Shown here: in pieces, positions 41,502 through 51,953 of the stretch
Layout: each line of letters starts with the position of its first letter
Position numbering within the stretch: position 1 is the stretch's first letter
NCBI GenBank assembly: GCA_963789265.1
Contig: CAWBKB010000001.1
Coordinates: forward strand, 832,001-896,000
Origin: an uncultured delta proteobacterium
GTDB taxonomy: Bacteria; Desulfobacterota; Desulfomonilia; Desulfomonilales; Desulfomonilaceae
Reading direction: 5' to 3'
DNA length: 64,000 nucleotides
Notes under the pieces: model-generated
Databases searched by the model: none
What the model was told of the DNA's origin: nothing
The model's input: only the letters and a program-made list of their open reading frames with translations
Made by a program: the position numbers and the translations under genes

Positions 41502-41921
41502 ATGAAAAGTTATCGGAAGGAGTTATGGTTCAACATCCCGACGCGGAGAGGGTTCGTGAACATAACGCGTGAGGTGGAAGGCGCAGTTGCTGAGAGCGGC
41601 ATCATAGAGGGGCTCGTGCTGATCAATGCCATGCACATTACCGCTTCCGTGTTCATCAACGACGATGAATCGGGGCTCCACCAGGACTACGAAAAATGGC
41701 TGGAACAATTGGCCCCTCATGAGCCGGTCAACCGTTATCTCCACAACCGGACCGGCGAAGACAACGGCGACGCGCATCTGAAAAGACAAATCATGGGCCG
41801 GGAAGTTACGGTGGCCATAACCAACGGCAAACTCGACTTCGGACCCTGGGAGCAAATCTTTTATGGGGAATTCGACGGTCGCCGGAAAAAGAGGGTGCTG
41901 GTGAAGATAATTGGGGAGTGA
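41502..41921 (+). CDS. yjbQ: YjbQ/UPF0047 family protein
   Basis: [36 protein letters not shown]. Confidence 0.92.
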   Translation: MKSYRKELWFNIPTRRGFVNITREVEGAVAESGIIEGLVLINAMHITASVFINDDESGLHQDYEKWLEQLAPHEPVNRYLHNRTGEDNGDAHLKRQIMGREVTVAITNGKLDFGPWEQIFYGEFDGRRKKRVLVKIIGE

Positions 41922-42296
41922 CGTATCAGTAATGATTGACAAACACTACGCCGGAGAGTCACGAGGAGATCGCGACAAGCTCGAATTTCACCCGTTGTTC
42001 AGCTTTGTTGGAAGTGGTGCCCCCTCGGGACTCGGGGGAACCGCGTCTCGCGCGGAATGCTCAGCCGGAATGTTTCCGGATGACCGAGACGCGACAGATG
42101 CTGCTGAACGCGGATTTTCCCCCCTTTCTTAAAGGGGGGCAGGGGGGATTTTGGGATAACTCATTGAAAATCCCCCTTTAGAAAAGGGGGACTTCGATCG
42201 CCCTCGGCCTGCATGGACCTCCTGAAAAGCAACGAAATTGCCTTTAGTTAACGCCCATGCGCGTGAGCGGGACCATCAGCACAACTCTCCAAGATT

Positions 42297-43997
42297 CTAT
42301 GCATCGGATGAACGAGAGGACACTGTCTTAGGCTGCCGCTCTAACGCTTCTCGTATTATCTTTTTGTTAATCTTGCCCACACTCGTTTTCGGGATCTCGT
42401 TCACTAGCTCAACGCGATCCGGGACCGCCCATTTAGAAATAAGTCCCTTTTCGACGAACTGTTGGAGAAATATTCGCAAGTCCTTTCCGGAAACATTCCC
42501 GTCGCAATCGGATTTTAGTACGACGAGAGCGACCGGGCGTTCACCCCATTTATCATGCGGAACACCGATCACGGCCGATTCCGAAACCGCTTCATGCTGA
42601 CTGAGCAAACTTTCCAGTTCCAGGGAGGAAATCCACTCGCCTCCACTCTTGATCGCGTCCTTCAACCGATCGGTAATTTGAACGTATCCCTCTTCATCAA
42701 CAGTAGCGACGTCGCCGGTGTGAAGACGACCGCCCCGCCACAGCTCTTCTGATTGGCCGGCGTTCTTGAAGTACCCTTGAGTGCACCAGGGTGTTCGCAC
42801 GACGATTTCGCCAACGGATTTCCCATCTCTCCGTACCGGATAGCCATCCTCATCCACGATCTCGAGATCCACCAGCGGTATTGGAAAGCCGGTCTTGGTC
42901 CTGAAGTCCAGTTGCCCTTCGATGTCCCAATCGATCATGTGAGGTTTCAAGTTCGCGAGTGTCAGGATCGGGCATGTTTCGGACATTCCGTAACCGTGAA
43001 AAACCTCCACGCCCATTTCTAAAGCCTTCTTGGCGAGACCTCGCGGTAGCGCCATGCCCCCGGTGTTGACCTTCCAACCGCAGAGATCAATCTCTTTGGC
43101 GAGAGGATGATTTAACAGCATGTGCAGGATAGTGGGGACGCAATGAGAGAAGGTCACTTTCTCTTGCTGTATAAGTTTAAGAATTGTTTCAGGCACATAT
43201 CGTCCGGGATAGACTTGCTTGGCCGCAAGAAGGGTGGCCACATAAGGGAACCCCCAAGCATGAACGTGGAACATGGGCGTGATAGGCATGTACACGTCAC
43301 CGGATTGCAATCTGCCCGGCGCAGTATACCCCGCCGCTGCAATGCTAACGGCCAGTGTATGTAGCACCAGTTGACGATGACTGAAATACACTCCTTTGGG
43401 CGGACCGGTCGTGCCCGTGGTGTAGAATATGGTGGCCTGAGCATCTTCTTCAAAATCGGGAAAATCGAATGACGCGCTCGCTCCTTCGAGCATCTCCTCA
43501 TATTCCAAACATATCGGCAAGGAGGTCGCAGGGCTCTCGGCATTGTCCTTGATCACAACGTAAGTTTGCACGGTTTCAAGCTCTGTCGCGACGCTTTCAA
43601 GGACCGGCACGAAATCTTCGTGAACCAGGACGACGGAATCCTCCGCGTGATTCATGGTGTAGAGAATCTGCTCCGGTGAAAGCCTGACATTGACTGTGTG
43701 GAGAATTGCTCCTGTCATGGGAATGCCGAAAAAAGCCTCCAGGTAGCGATGTGAATCCCAATCCAGGAATGCTACCGTATCACCGGGCTGAAGGCCGAGG
43801 GATGACAGGCCGGAGGCCAGCCTGTTGATGCGCTCGTAGAAGACTCTGTATGTGTGCCGAACTTGGCCCCGATATACTATTTCTTTGTCCGGGCCATAGA
43901 GTATCGGGGTGTGGAGCAACTGTTTTAGAAGCAATGGATACGAATATGCCGAGGGCGTGTGAAAGATAGGACGGAATCCTTCCTTCATTACTTGCAT
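42297..43997 (-). CDS. Fatty-acid--CoA ligase
   Basis: YTTGTTGPPKG, PMFHVHAWG, GYGMSET, IKSGGEWISS, KTSVGK. Confidence 0.93.
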   Translation of the reverse strand: MQVMKEGFRPIFHTPSAYSYPLLLKQLLHTPILYGPDKEIVYRGQVRHTYRVFYERINRLASGLSSLGLQPGDTVAFLDWDSHRYLEAFFGIPMTGAILHTVNVRLSPEQILYTMNHAEDSVVLVHEDFVPVLESVATELETVQTYVVIKDNAESPATSLPICLEYEEMLEGASASFDFPDFEEDAQATIFYTTGTTGPPKGVYFSHRQLVLHTLAVSIAAAGYTAPGRLQSGDVYMPITPMFHVHAWGFPYVATLLAAKQVYPGRYVPETILKLIQQEKVTFSHCVPTILHMLLNHPLAKEIDLCGWKVNTGGMALPRGLAKKALEMGVEVFHGYGMSETCPILTLANLKPHMIDWDIEGQLDFRTKTGFPIPLVDLEIVDEDGYPVRRDGKSVGEIVVRTPWCTQGYFKNAGQSEELWRGGRLHTGDVATVDEEGYVQITDRLKDAIKSGGEWISSLELESLLSQHEAVSESAVIGVPHDKWGERPVALVVLKSDCDGNVSGKDLRIFLQQFVEKGLISKWAVPDRVELVNEIPKTSVGKINKKIIREALERQPKTVSSRSSDA

Positions 43998-44162
43998 CTC
44001 CGGATTGTCGGGGTGTGTGTTATCTCTTCAACTGCGGTCTTCATGCCTGTCTCTCTCCTCCCGCTTAGTGAACGAAGTTTAAAAAGCAGAGAATGAAAAT
44101 TGCTTTGGAACGATTTTTCTTGTCAAGGAAAAACCAAGCCGAAGTGGAAGAGAAAGCTTCTC

Positions 44163-46370
44163 TCAGTCAAGTGCTAACGAGAGTTGATGACCCGATATCT
44201 TTCTGAAAATGGGCTGAACCTTGGCAGGACCACATACATGTCTCAAGGTCTTGGCAGCGCCTTCTAGGGTACGTTCCTGCTGCCTAAACACGTCGACCGC
44301 GTGCTGCACTGAATCGGTTTGCCCAAGTTCGGCAATAAACTGGCTAAAAAGGCACACTCGTCGGTCATTCTCAGATAGCTTCAGACCTATAGACTCAATT
44401 CGGGCGATTTTTTGACAGGTTCTTTCAATTGCTTTTTTCAAAGCTTCTTCAGGCTCGGCTGGCGGGCGTACATCGTTCGCCTTCTTTACGCATACGAGAA
44501 TGACGTCCAACTGGATTGGGTCTTTGGCCTGAGACTTGGGGGCCGCAACAGACATTTCAGCCTTGACCGGGTGTGCATTAACAATGGAAAAACCCGCACC
44601 GCCGACTGCCTGTATAAGTGAAGCCCAGCCCTCTGCTCGGGAATGATGATACGTAAATACTAAAAGCCCGTTATCTTTCAAAACGCGACGACATTCTACG
44701 AAAACGTTCATCAGCTTTGCGGCGAACGCCTCTGGCCTCGCATCTTGTACCTCCCGATCATTTCGCGTTGTCCCGCCGTTGCGTAAAAATCCATGAGGGT
44801 ACAACGTTTCCCATGCATAGAAGAAATCCGCCAATTCCGCGTAGTGAACATTGTCGAAGAAGGGGGGATCCGTTACAACGAGATCTATGCAAGATCTGGG
44901 AAGGCGAGTATCGTGAGAGCTGTGACAAGATAGATAGATTCCGCGTTCGGCGAAATCGCCGGAGTCCGGCCAACGCTCCTCCACTCTACCTGAGAAAGTT
45001 TGGCCACAGCCGTACACCTTACCAGAACTATGCATGGCTACCTCGAAGGGCTCGGCTCGGTAGTCTAGCGCACGTAACAGACGGGTTTTGTAAAAGTTCG
45101 AGAATGAACCAGAACTCTTGGGAGTTCCCCAGACGTTGGCCTCTATGGGCATACGCTCCGGTTTGAGAATGTGGTGCGAAAACATGTGTCGAACTGCGCC
45201 GGTACCTTCCCCCTTGTATGAAGCAAACAGATTGTTGAACTCCAACACACCTGAAAAAAGAATGAACAGAGCATCACGAGCGGTCGTCGCCGGTAGCTGC
45301 GAAATGGCACTTTGTAGCCACGCTAGAGCCAGAAGTTGCCTGTCATTAAAGAAATCTCGCCAAGAGCCATAATTGTAGGCCAATACTTGACGAGTGTTAT
45401 ATCCGTCTTCCAGTGCCGTTTGGGGCAGTCGTATGGATTTGCGCTCCAGCTCTTTTATTAGCGTTACGGAGCATTCTCGATAGGCGTTTAGGTCAGCAGT
45501 GGTGGTGGGCAAATAGCGCTTTTGCCCTCCCGGCGTGAGCAAAAGCTTGCCGTATAGCCGATGTGCGGGAGGGTGTCCGGATGATCGAACTGCTTTAAGA
45601 ATAGAAAAGGAATGCTTGCAGATTGAACAGACGGCCTTGGCGCCACTAGAGGTACCCACATGAGGATCGAAGCTTAACCCACACCGGCTACAGCGAGCCG
45701 AGCGTTCGTCGGCCAGTGCAGGAAAAATTTCCCCACAGCGAGGACATAGAATCTGAACTTGGGGCTTACGGTCGGGGTAGGCATTCCGTGCAATTACGTA
45801 ATGATTAAATAAGTCCAGTGCTGAACCGCACTCGGGGCATTGCACCTGCTTCACCCAAAAATAATACAAAACATCACAAGATTGGCCGTCTTGGTCCTCA
45901 GATTTGTACAGTTCCATAATTCTTTGGCCCACGGTAGAAGCGAGGCTACCGAAGGCACTTTGCAGTTGCCGCCGACTAAGAGGACCAAGGGCAACGCGAA
46001 CGCTTTCGCAGGCCACGGGATTGATATCCCGCCCCAAAGCCACGCACCCAAGTTTGTGTGCTTCGCCAATTGTTGTGCCACTGCCCATAAATGGGTCGAA
46101 AACCGATATGTCCAGGCGATTGTGCTTTTGGTAAAAGGCATCCTGGAAGTCAGCAGACTCGTCGAGCAAACATCCGAGAAGGATTCCACGAAACACAGAA
46201 CCCAAGCGCTTGGCCCACCATTTGTGCAGATGGTAGACGGGGCGATAAATCTCTTTCCGCCAGCTCTCTCGCTGAGCAACGGCTGAAAGAAATTCGACCG
46301 GAAATTCATCCGTTTCAATCAGCCGGGCTGGCAAACCCGTTCGTTCGCTACTCGTCGCCACAAGAATCAC
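44163..46370 (-). CDS. DNA amino-methyltransferase with Zn-ribbon insert (DUF1156-like N-terminus)
   Basis: HKWWAKR, FDPFMGSGTT (motif I), four CxxC pairs, TDPPF (motif IV); GTG start overlaps the upstream stop. Confidence 0.88.
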   Translation of the reverse strand: MILVATSSERTGLPARLIETDEFPVEFLSAVAQRESWRKEIYRPVYHLHKWWAKRLGSVFRGILLGCLLDESADFQDAFYQKHNRLDISVFDPFMGSGTTIGEAHKLGCVALGRDINPVACESVRVALGPLSRRQLQSAFGSLASTVGQRIMELYKSEDQDGQSCDVLYYFWVKQVQCPECGSALDLFNHYVIARNAYPDRKPQVQILCPRCGEIFPALADERSARCSRCGLSFDPHVGTSSGAKAVCSICKHSFSILKAVRSSGHPPAHRLYGKLLLTPGGQKRYLPTTTADLNAYRECSVTLIKELERKSIRLPQTALEDGYNTRQVLAYNYGSWRDFFNDRQLLALAWLQSAISQLPATTARDALFILFSGVLEFNNLFASYKGEGTGAVRHMFSHHILKPERMPIEANVWGTPKSSGSFSNFYKTRLLRALDYRAEPFEVAMHSSGKVYGCGQTFSGRVEERWPDSGDFAERGIYLSCHSSHDTRLPRSCIDLVVTDPPFFDNVHYAELADFFYAWETLYPHGFLRNGGTTRNDREVQDARPEAFAAKLMNVFVECRRVLKDNGLLVFTYHHSRAEGWASLIQAVGGAGFSIVNAHPVKAEMSVAAPKSQAKDPIQLDVILVCVKKANDVRPPAEPEEALKKAIERTCQKIARIESIGLKLSENDRRVCLFSQFIAELGQTDSVQHAVDVFRQQERTLEGAAKTLRHVCGPAKVQPIFRKISGHQLSLALD

Positions 46371-47152
46371 CCTGTTCGTCGTCTGTCGCCAGTTATGGTG
46401 ACTTCCCTCATGGCAACAGGTTGATCTGAGCTGTCACCCAGCCTCCAAGCCCCAAATTTGTGTTCCCTCCCGGCTGCTGGGTTACGAACAGTTCGAGGCT
46501 TGAGTACATTGTGCTGGAGATCGAAACTGTAGCCAACAATCAGTTTATCGGCTTCCGTGCGGACGAGCGTGCCGACCTGTTTGAAACCTCGTGGTAACGA
46601 ACTCTCTGTGGGAAGGATCAGTGTCTGCCCGTGAGCGACCCCATCTGCAAGTCCAAATGGGGTCGGAGCGACGTACATTTTCCTATCTCTAATCAAGATG
46701 TCCCCATAGCTTCCAAAGCCCCTGACACTCTTGTTCTTGTGAACGTATTCGTGATCAGCATTGAGAAAATCCCCGTGGCAAATTACCAAATCGAGGACCG
46801 GATAAGTGTCGCCATCAGGCTGGCTCGGATAACGGCCAAAAACATAAAATATTGTCCGACCATTGTGATATCCGGAAGGAACCTGACTGTTGCAGTCGTA
46901 GTTAAGCTCGCGGCCCGGGTACGCTAAACCTTTTACCTCGTAGCCATCGGTAACCTGCACCATGCGAAAATCCGGATAACTATTCCGCCCTCCCATTTCA
47001 TGATTAAATCCGGTTTCCTCTAGACGGGAGCGCACCCAATTCTGAAAATGAAATTCTTTGTCTTGACGGCTCACACGTCGTGTCATCTGATTGCGTCGGA
47101 TGGCGTCAATACATCTTTCGAAGACCTCAAAGACTGTCGATTCACATGGCAT
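46367..47152 (-). CDS. Putative PD-(D/E)xK restriction endonuclease
   Basis: YPDF-X8-YEVK followed by DCNSQVP; translationally coupled to the methyltransferase. Confidence 0.65.
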   Translation of the reverse strand: MPCESTVFEVFERCIDAIRRNQMTRRVSRQDKEFHFQNWVRSRLEETGFNHEMGGRNSYPDFRMVQVTDGYEVKGLAYPGRELNYDCNSQVPSGYHNGRTIFYVFGRYPSQPDGDTYPVLDLVICHGDFLNADHEYVHKNKSVRGFGSYGDILIRDRKMYVAPTPFGLADGVAHGQTLILPTESSLPRGFKQVGTLVRTEADKLIVGYSFDLQHNVLKPRTVRNPAAGREHKFGAWRLGDSSDQPVAMREVTITGDRRRTG

Positions 47153-47688
47153 TGTGTCCCGCTCCAATGGGATTGCGGTGCAGAAGCTTTGGTGCTGAAG
47201 TCTTCTGAAGGATTTTGGACCTTATCCTCATACGCTTGCACTGGCCATTTGTCAATTGCCTCGTCGCTGAACCACCAGATCGAATGCCTCATCTGGAACG
47301 GAGAAACGATGGTTAGGCTCACCCAGATAAAAGGATTCGAGGCGGAAATAAGATGCCGAGGTTTTTCCAAAACGGCGGTCCCTCATCACAAAGCCGGATT
47401 CTCTCTTCTTGTAAGTATGCTTTTCGGTTCCGTGGATTAGTAGGCTCAGAGACGTCCCAATCGTACAACCCAGATCTGTTGATCGAATCGGCCTTGCTCT
47501 TATGCTAGGCTTGCGGATAACTGGCTAAAGATTGAATCCGTGGCAGTTTCCTGTGGTGAAAGCTTGCCGCAGCTAATTCAATCTTCTAAAGTTTCGCCCT
47601 TGGGTAATCTTAAGCGTTGAGAATAGCTTCTTGACTTTGTATCCGCGCATCCATGATACTCCCTTTATTTCTTTGGACAAAGGTCTCG

Positions 47689-48519
47689 ATGAAAAATCTC
47701 TACCAGTGGGTTCAAGACGCTGTCGGCTTTCTTGGGGGAAGAATCCGTTCACAACCGGAGGCGGCCATCGTTCTCGGTACGGGACTCGGAGGGATCGCTG
47801 ACCGGGTCGACGTGATAGATCGAATTCCGTACAGCGAGGTGCCTCATTTCTCCGAATCGACCGTCGAGGGGCACAAGGGAGATCTTCTCTTCGGAACACT
47901 CGCCGGCCGAAGCGTCGTGGTCATGCAGGGTCGATTCCATTACTATGAAGGCCACACACTTCAGGTGGCGACGCTTCCAGTACGCATAATGCGAGAATTG
48001 GGGGCGCGATACCTTTTCATCATCAGCGCTGCCGGCGGGCTCAACCCCGACTTCACCGCGAGAGACGTGATGATTGTGACTGACCATATAAACCTGCTTG
48101 GCGACAATCCCCTGAGAGGGGTTACAGACGAGCGGCTGGGTGAACGATTCCCCGACATGAGCCTGCCGTACGACGAAGAGTTGATTCGGAAGGCAAAAGA
48201 GGCCGCTCTGGACCGCAAAATCACTGTCCGCTTCGGCGTTTATGTCGCAGTGGCCGGGCCGAGCCTTGAAACCCCTGCGGAAACGAGAATGCTGCGCCTG
48301 CTTGGAGCCGACGCTGTTGGGATGAGCACGGTCCCGGAGGTAATTGTGGCGAAACATGTGGGGTTCAGGACACTCGCCCTTGCGGCAATAACGAACGTGA
48401 ATCGTCCTGAAGCGATGGAACCCATATCTGTAGGCAAGGTGATCGCCAATGCCGAGGCGATAAAACCGTCGATGGTTGCCATACTTGAAGGGACATTCAG
48501 GCGACTGAGCCCTAGTTAA
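47689..48519 (+). CDS. punA: Purine-nucleoside phosphorylase (trimeric family)
   Basis: VLGTGLG, QGRFHYYEG, GPSLETPAE, GADAVGMSTVPE. Confidence 0.93.
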   Translation: MKNLYQWVQDAVGFLGGRIRSQPEAAIVLGTGLGGIADRVDVIDRIPYSEVPHFSESTVEGHKGDLLFGTLAGRSVVVMQGRFHYYEGHTLQVATLPVRIMRELGARYLFIISAAGGLNPDFTARDVMIVTDHINLLGDNPLRGVTDERLGERFPDMSLPYDEELIRKAKEAALDRKITVRFGVYVAVAGPSLETPAETRMLRLLGADAVGMSTVPEVIVAKHVGFRTLALAAITNVNRPEAMEPISVGKVIANAEAIKPSMVAILEGTFRRLSPS

Positions 48520-48548
48520 TTGGACCCCGATTCTGGGAGATTTCTCCG

Positions 48549-49910
48549 GTGAGCGCTGAAACGATACTCATAAACGGTCTGATTTTGACCGATCCTTCCA
48601 GGCCCGAAGTAGTACCTCACGGGCGGACGGTGATCAATGGGAACAGCCTGGTGCAAGTCAATGTTCTCAACGATTCGAATCTCCCATCTGAAGGTGTTAT
48701 CGACTGTTCAGACTGTTTGATTATGCCGGGGCTGGTCAATGGGCATACACATGCGGCCATGAGCCTTCTCAGAGGAGTTGCGGACGATCTGCCCCTGAAC
48801 GAGTGGCTTCAAAGGTATATTTTTCCTGCCGAAGCAAAACACGTTGTACCCGAATTCGTTTACCTGGGCACCTGCCTTGCCGCTGTCGAAATGGCATTAA
48901 ACGGCATCACCACTTTTGCTGACGGCTATTTCCACATGGAGAACTCTGCACGAGCCGCTCTGGATGTTGGGCTTAGATCGCTGGTGGCGCAGGGTATCCT
49001 CGACGTGCCCGCACCTGACGCTCCCATAGCCGGCTCGTGGAGAAGACGAGTGAACGAGTTCCTCGCAGAATGCCCCACGCATTCATTGATCACACCGGCC
49101 CTGTTTTGTCATTCGCCTTACCTCTGCAGTGCTGAGACCTTGCAGGCAGCCCAGGCTATCAGCAAAGAGCATAATATCCTTCTGTTTTCTCACGTTTCCG
49201 AGACTGCACAGGAAGTGGAGGAAATCAGGAAACGGTACGGTGTTAGACCTTTCAAGCACCTCCAAGGATTGGGAATCCTGGGTCCGAATTTTGTCGCTGT
49301 CCACGCGGTTCACTTGTCCGACTCGGAAAAAGAGCTGTTGGCCAAGTCCTCCACCGGGGTCGTGCACTGTCCCGAGAGCAACATGAAGCTGGCGTCGGGA
49401 GCGGCACCGGTCTATGATCTACTTGCCGGCGGAGTAACAGTAGCGATCGGCACTGACGGCCCGGCCAGCAACAACAATCTGGACCTTCTCGAAGAAATGC
49501 GTTCCGCGTCGTTGATGGCCAAGCTCGTGACGGGCGATCCCCAGGCCCTGGACGCTCGCACAGTCCTGCGCATGGCCACAATCGACGGCGCAAAGGCTCT
49601 GGGAATGGAAGATCGCATCGGCTCACTGGCACCCGGGAAGCTGGCCGATGTGACCGTGATCCACTTGAACCGCCCGCATCTTACTCCACTATATGATGCC
49701 ATATCTCATCTGGTATACGCGGCCAGGGGGAGCGATGTCCGCCATGTGATGGTAAACGGCAGATTAGTTGTCAGAGACGGTCGAATCACCACGGTGGATA
49801 AGGACGATCTGATGGCGCGGGCACGTTCTGTTGCGGCAAGCATCAGAAATGATCTCGGAATAGCTACTTATGGAGATCGTGTGATAAATGAAGGACAAGA
49901 TCACATATAA
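48549..49910 (+). CDS. mtaD: Amidohydrolase, MTA/SAH deaminase-like
   Basis: NGHTHAAM, HVSET..E, HCPESNMKLASG, GTDGPASNN. Confidence 0.8.
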   Translation: MSAETILINGLILTDPSRPEVVPHGRTVINGNSLVQVNVLNDSNLPSEGVIDCSDCLIMPGLVNGHTHAAMSLLRGVADDLPLNEWLQRYIFPAEAKHVVPEFVYLGTCLAAVEMALNGITTFADGYFHMENSARAALDVGLRSLVAQGILDVPAPDAPIAGSWRRRVNEFLAECPTHSLITPALFCHSPYLCSAETLQAAQAISKEHNILLFSHVSETAQEVEEIRKRYGVRPFKHLQGLGILGPNFVAVHAVHLSDSEKELLAKSSTGVVHCPESNMKLASGAAPVYDLLAGGVTVAIGTDGPASNNNLDLLEEMRSASLMAKLVTGDPQALDARTVLRMATIDGAKALGMEDRIGSLAPGKLADVTVIHLNRPHLTPLYDAISHLVYAARGSDVRHVMVNGRLVVRDGRITTVDKDDLMARARSVAASIRNDLGIATYGDRVINEGQDHI

Positions 49911-50931
49911 AGACGCGGGAGTGGACGTGGAATTGGCCGACAAACTCATCGGCTCTCTCGCGGACCGCATCAAATCCACCTTCAGACCCGAGGTGCTGAC
50001 GAACATCGGCGGCTTTGCTGCGTTGTTTCGGCCCGAGTGGCGTCGATACCGAGACCCTTTATTGGTTTCGGCCACGGATGGAGTCGGGACAAAGTTGAAA
50101 ATAGCCTTCCTCACTGGAATACATGACACCGTCGGTATCGACCTGGTAGCCATGAACGTCAACGACCTTCTGGTGATGGGTGCGGAACCCCTCTTTTTTC
50201 TGGACTATTTTGCAACGGGGTCGATCCTGCCTGAAATAGTTCGGGCCGTGATTTCAGGCATTGCTCGTGGCTGCGAAATGGCCGGTTGCTCCCTCATTGG
50301 AGGAGAGACCGCGGAAATGCCTGACTTTTATTGCAGTGGCGAATACGACCTGGCTGGTTTTTGCGTCGGAATGGTGGATCGTCCGGATGTCGTGGATGGT
50401 TCAAGGATCAAACCGGGAGACGCCGTCCTCGGGATAGCCTCTTCCGGCCTTCACAGCAACGGATTCAGTCTGGTAAGAAAAGTCTTTCTGGAACGCAAAG
50501 GATATTCTCTGGATGCTAATTTTGCTGAGATCGGAAAGCCTCTCGGAGAGGAATTGCTGGTCCCGACGGTAATTTACGTCAAGCCGGTCCTCCAGTTGTG
50601 CAAAACTGTACCGGTGTCGGGAATGGCCCACATCACCGGCGGGGGCTTCATTGGCAACATTCCGCGGGTTCTGCCTTCAAGGTGTGCTATTTCAATAACT
50701 AAGGGGTCCTGGAAAGTTCCCCCGATTTTCGACCTTCTACAGAGAGATGCCGGTTTGGACGATGTGGAGATGTACGGCACCTTCAATATGGGCATAGGGT
50801 TTGTAGTAATTGTCGATCGCAATGATGCTGAAGCCGCGCTGGAAGACCTTCAAAGTAATGGGATGACCGCGTGGGGTATCGGTGACGTAATACCGCGCCC
50901 CGATGCAGGTGAAGCTGTGGTCTTTTGTTGA
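49888..50931 (+). CDS. purM: Phosphoribosylformylglycinamidine cyclo-ligase
   Basis: TYKDAGVD, TDGVGTK, GGETAEMP, SSGLHSNG, HITGGG, TFNMG. Confidence 0.97.
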   Translation: MKDKITYKDAGVDVELADKLIGSLADRIKSTFRPEVLTNIGGFAALFRPEWRRYRDPLLVSATDGVGTKLKIAFLTGIHDTVGIDLVAMNVNDLLVMGAEPLFFLDYFATGSILPEIVRAVISGIARGCEMAGCSLIGGETAEMPDFYCSGEYDLAGFCVGMVDRPDVVDGSRIKPGDAVLGIASSGLHSNGFSLVRKVFLERKGYSLDANFAEIGKPLGEELLVPTVIYVKPVLQLCKTVPVSGMAHITGGGFIGNIPRVLPSRCAISITKGSWKVPPIFDLLQRDAGLDDVEMYGTFNMGIGFVVIVDRNDAEAALEDLQSNGMTAWGIGDVIPRPDAGEAVVFC

Positions 50932-50997
50932 CGGAGATGTACCACAGCATCAGTGTACTCCTTCCGTCACACGCGGAAAACGCGCTACTCCAACTGG

Positions 50998-51084
50998 TGT
51001 CATTGCGAGCGAAGCGAAGCAATCTCATTGAATGAGTGCCTATAAAACCGGGATTGCTTCGTAGCTTTGCTCCTCGCAATGACA
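50998..51084. repeat. Palindromic element of the GTCATTGCGAG...CTCGCAATGAC type
   Basis: 12-bp terminal IR plus internal CGAAGCAATC / GATTGCTTCG pairing. Confidence 0.8.
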
Positions 51085-51150
51085 ACATTCCACCGCTAAC
51101 TGGATTGACATGTGGCGGTAGCGAACGCCCAATTTTGACCTGGAGCCGCG

Positions 51151-51615
51151 ATGCCCGTGCGAATAGTCATAAGCGCCTGCCTCGCAGGATTATATACTCG
51201 CTATGATGGGAGTTCGCGGCCTCACCCCATGCTGGCCACGTTACGTGCAAGAAGTGTTCTCGTGCCGGCCTGTCCGGAGATTCTCGGTGGATTAGGAATA
51301 CCGCGTCCTCCCTGCCGGTTTTCCGGAGGTGACGGTCATGCCGTGTTAGTAGGAGAGGCTCGCGTCATAGACACAAATGGAACCGACCGGACCCTTTCTT
51401 TTCTACGCGGAGCAGAAGAGACCGCCCGGGTGGTGGAACTGATTTCCCCGGATTTGATCATATTCAAAGAGGGGAGTCCTTCATGCGGTATTCGCAACGT
51501 GGATATCGAAGGCAAGAAGGAACAAGGTTGCGGGGTGGCCACTGCTAGGATGGCTGGCAGCGGTATTCTTATGATCTCGGAAGAAGACCCTCTGCCGGAA
51601 GATCTGCGGACCTGA
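51151..51615 (+). CDS. DUF523 / 2-thiouracil desulfurase family protein
   Basis: SACL.G..TRYDG, CPE..GGL..PR, K.GSPSCG, G.GV. Confidence 0.88.
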   Translation: MPVRIVISACLAGLYTRYDGSSRPHPMLATLRARSVLVPACPEILGGLGIPRPPCRFSGGDGHAVLVGEARVIDTNGTDRTLSFLRGAEETARVVELISPDLIIFKEGSPSCGIRNVDIEGKKEQGCGVATARMAGSGILMISEEDPLPEDLRT

Positions 51616-51953
51616 TCCCCGGAAATTTCGAGAAAGCTCATATCGGTTGCCAAAAACAATGTCCATTTGGCCGCCCGATGCAAAGAATGCTGAACACGCG
51701 TTGCGGTGGCGTTTTGCCGTCGTTCCTGCGTACGTGGGAGTCCGGTAGGTCCGGCCTCCGCGCCGGTCAACCGTCGCCGGCAGGGACGCCGGCGCTACCC
51801 CCGGATCGGAGTCCGGGATAACAGTGTCATCTGGCAAATCGGCCGAAACTTTTGGCAAAGCATACAAAATAACCCCTTATACCCACACAACAAAGTATGG
51901 AAGCTATCCACCTGCTGTATATTCAAAGTCATTGCCGGAATCTGTGGGATTTT

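Noticed and set aside
47168..47640. Possible controller (C) protein upstream of the R-M pair
   Set aside because: No helix-turn-helix-like ORF in the ORF track and no obvious C-box
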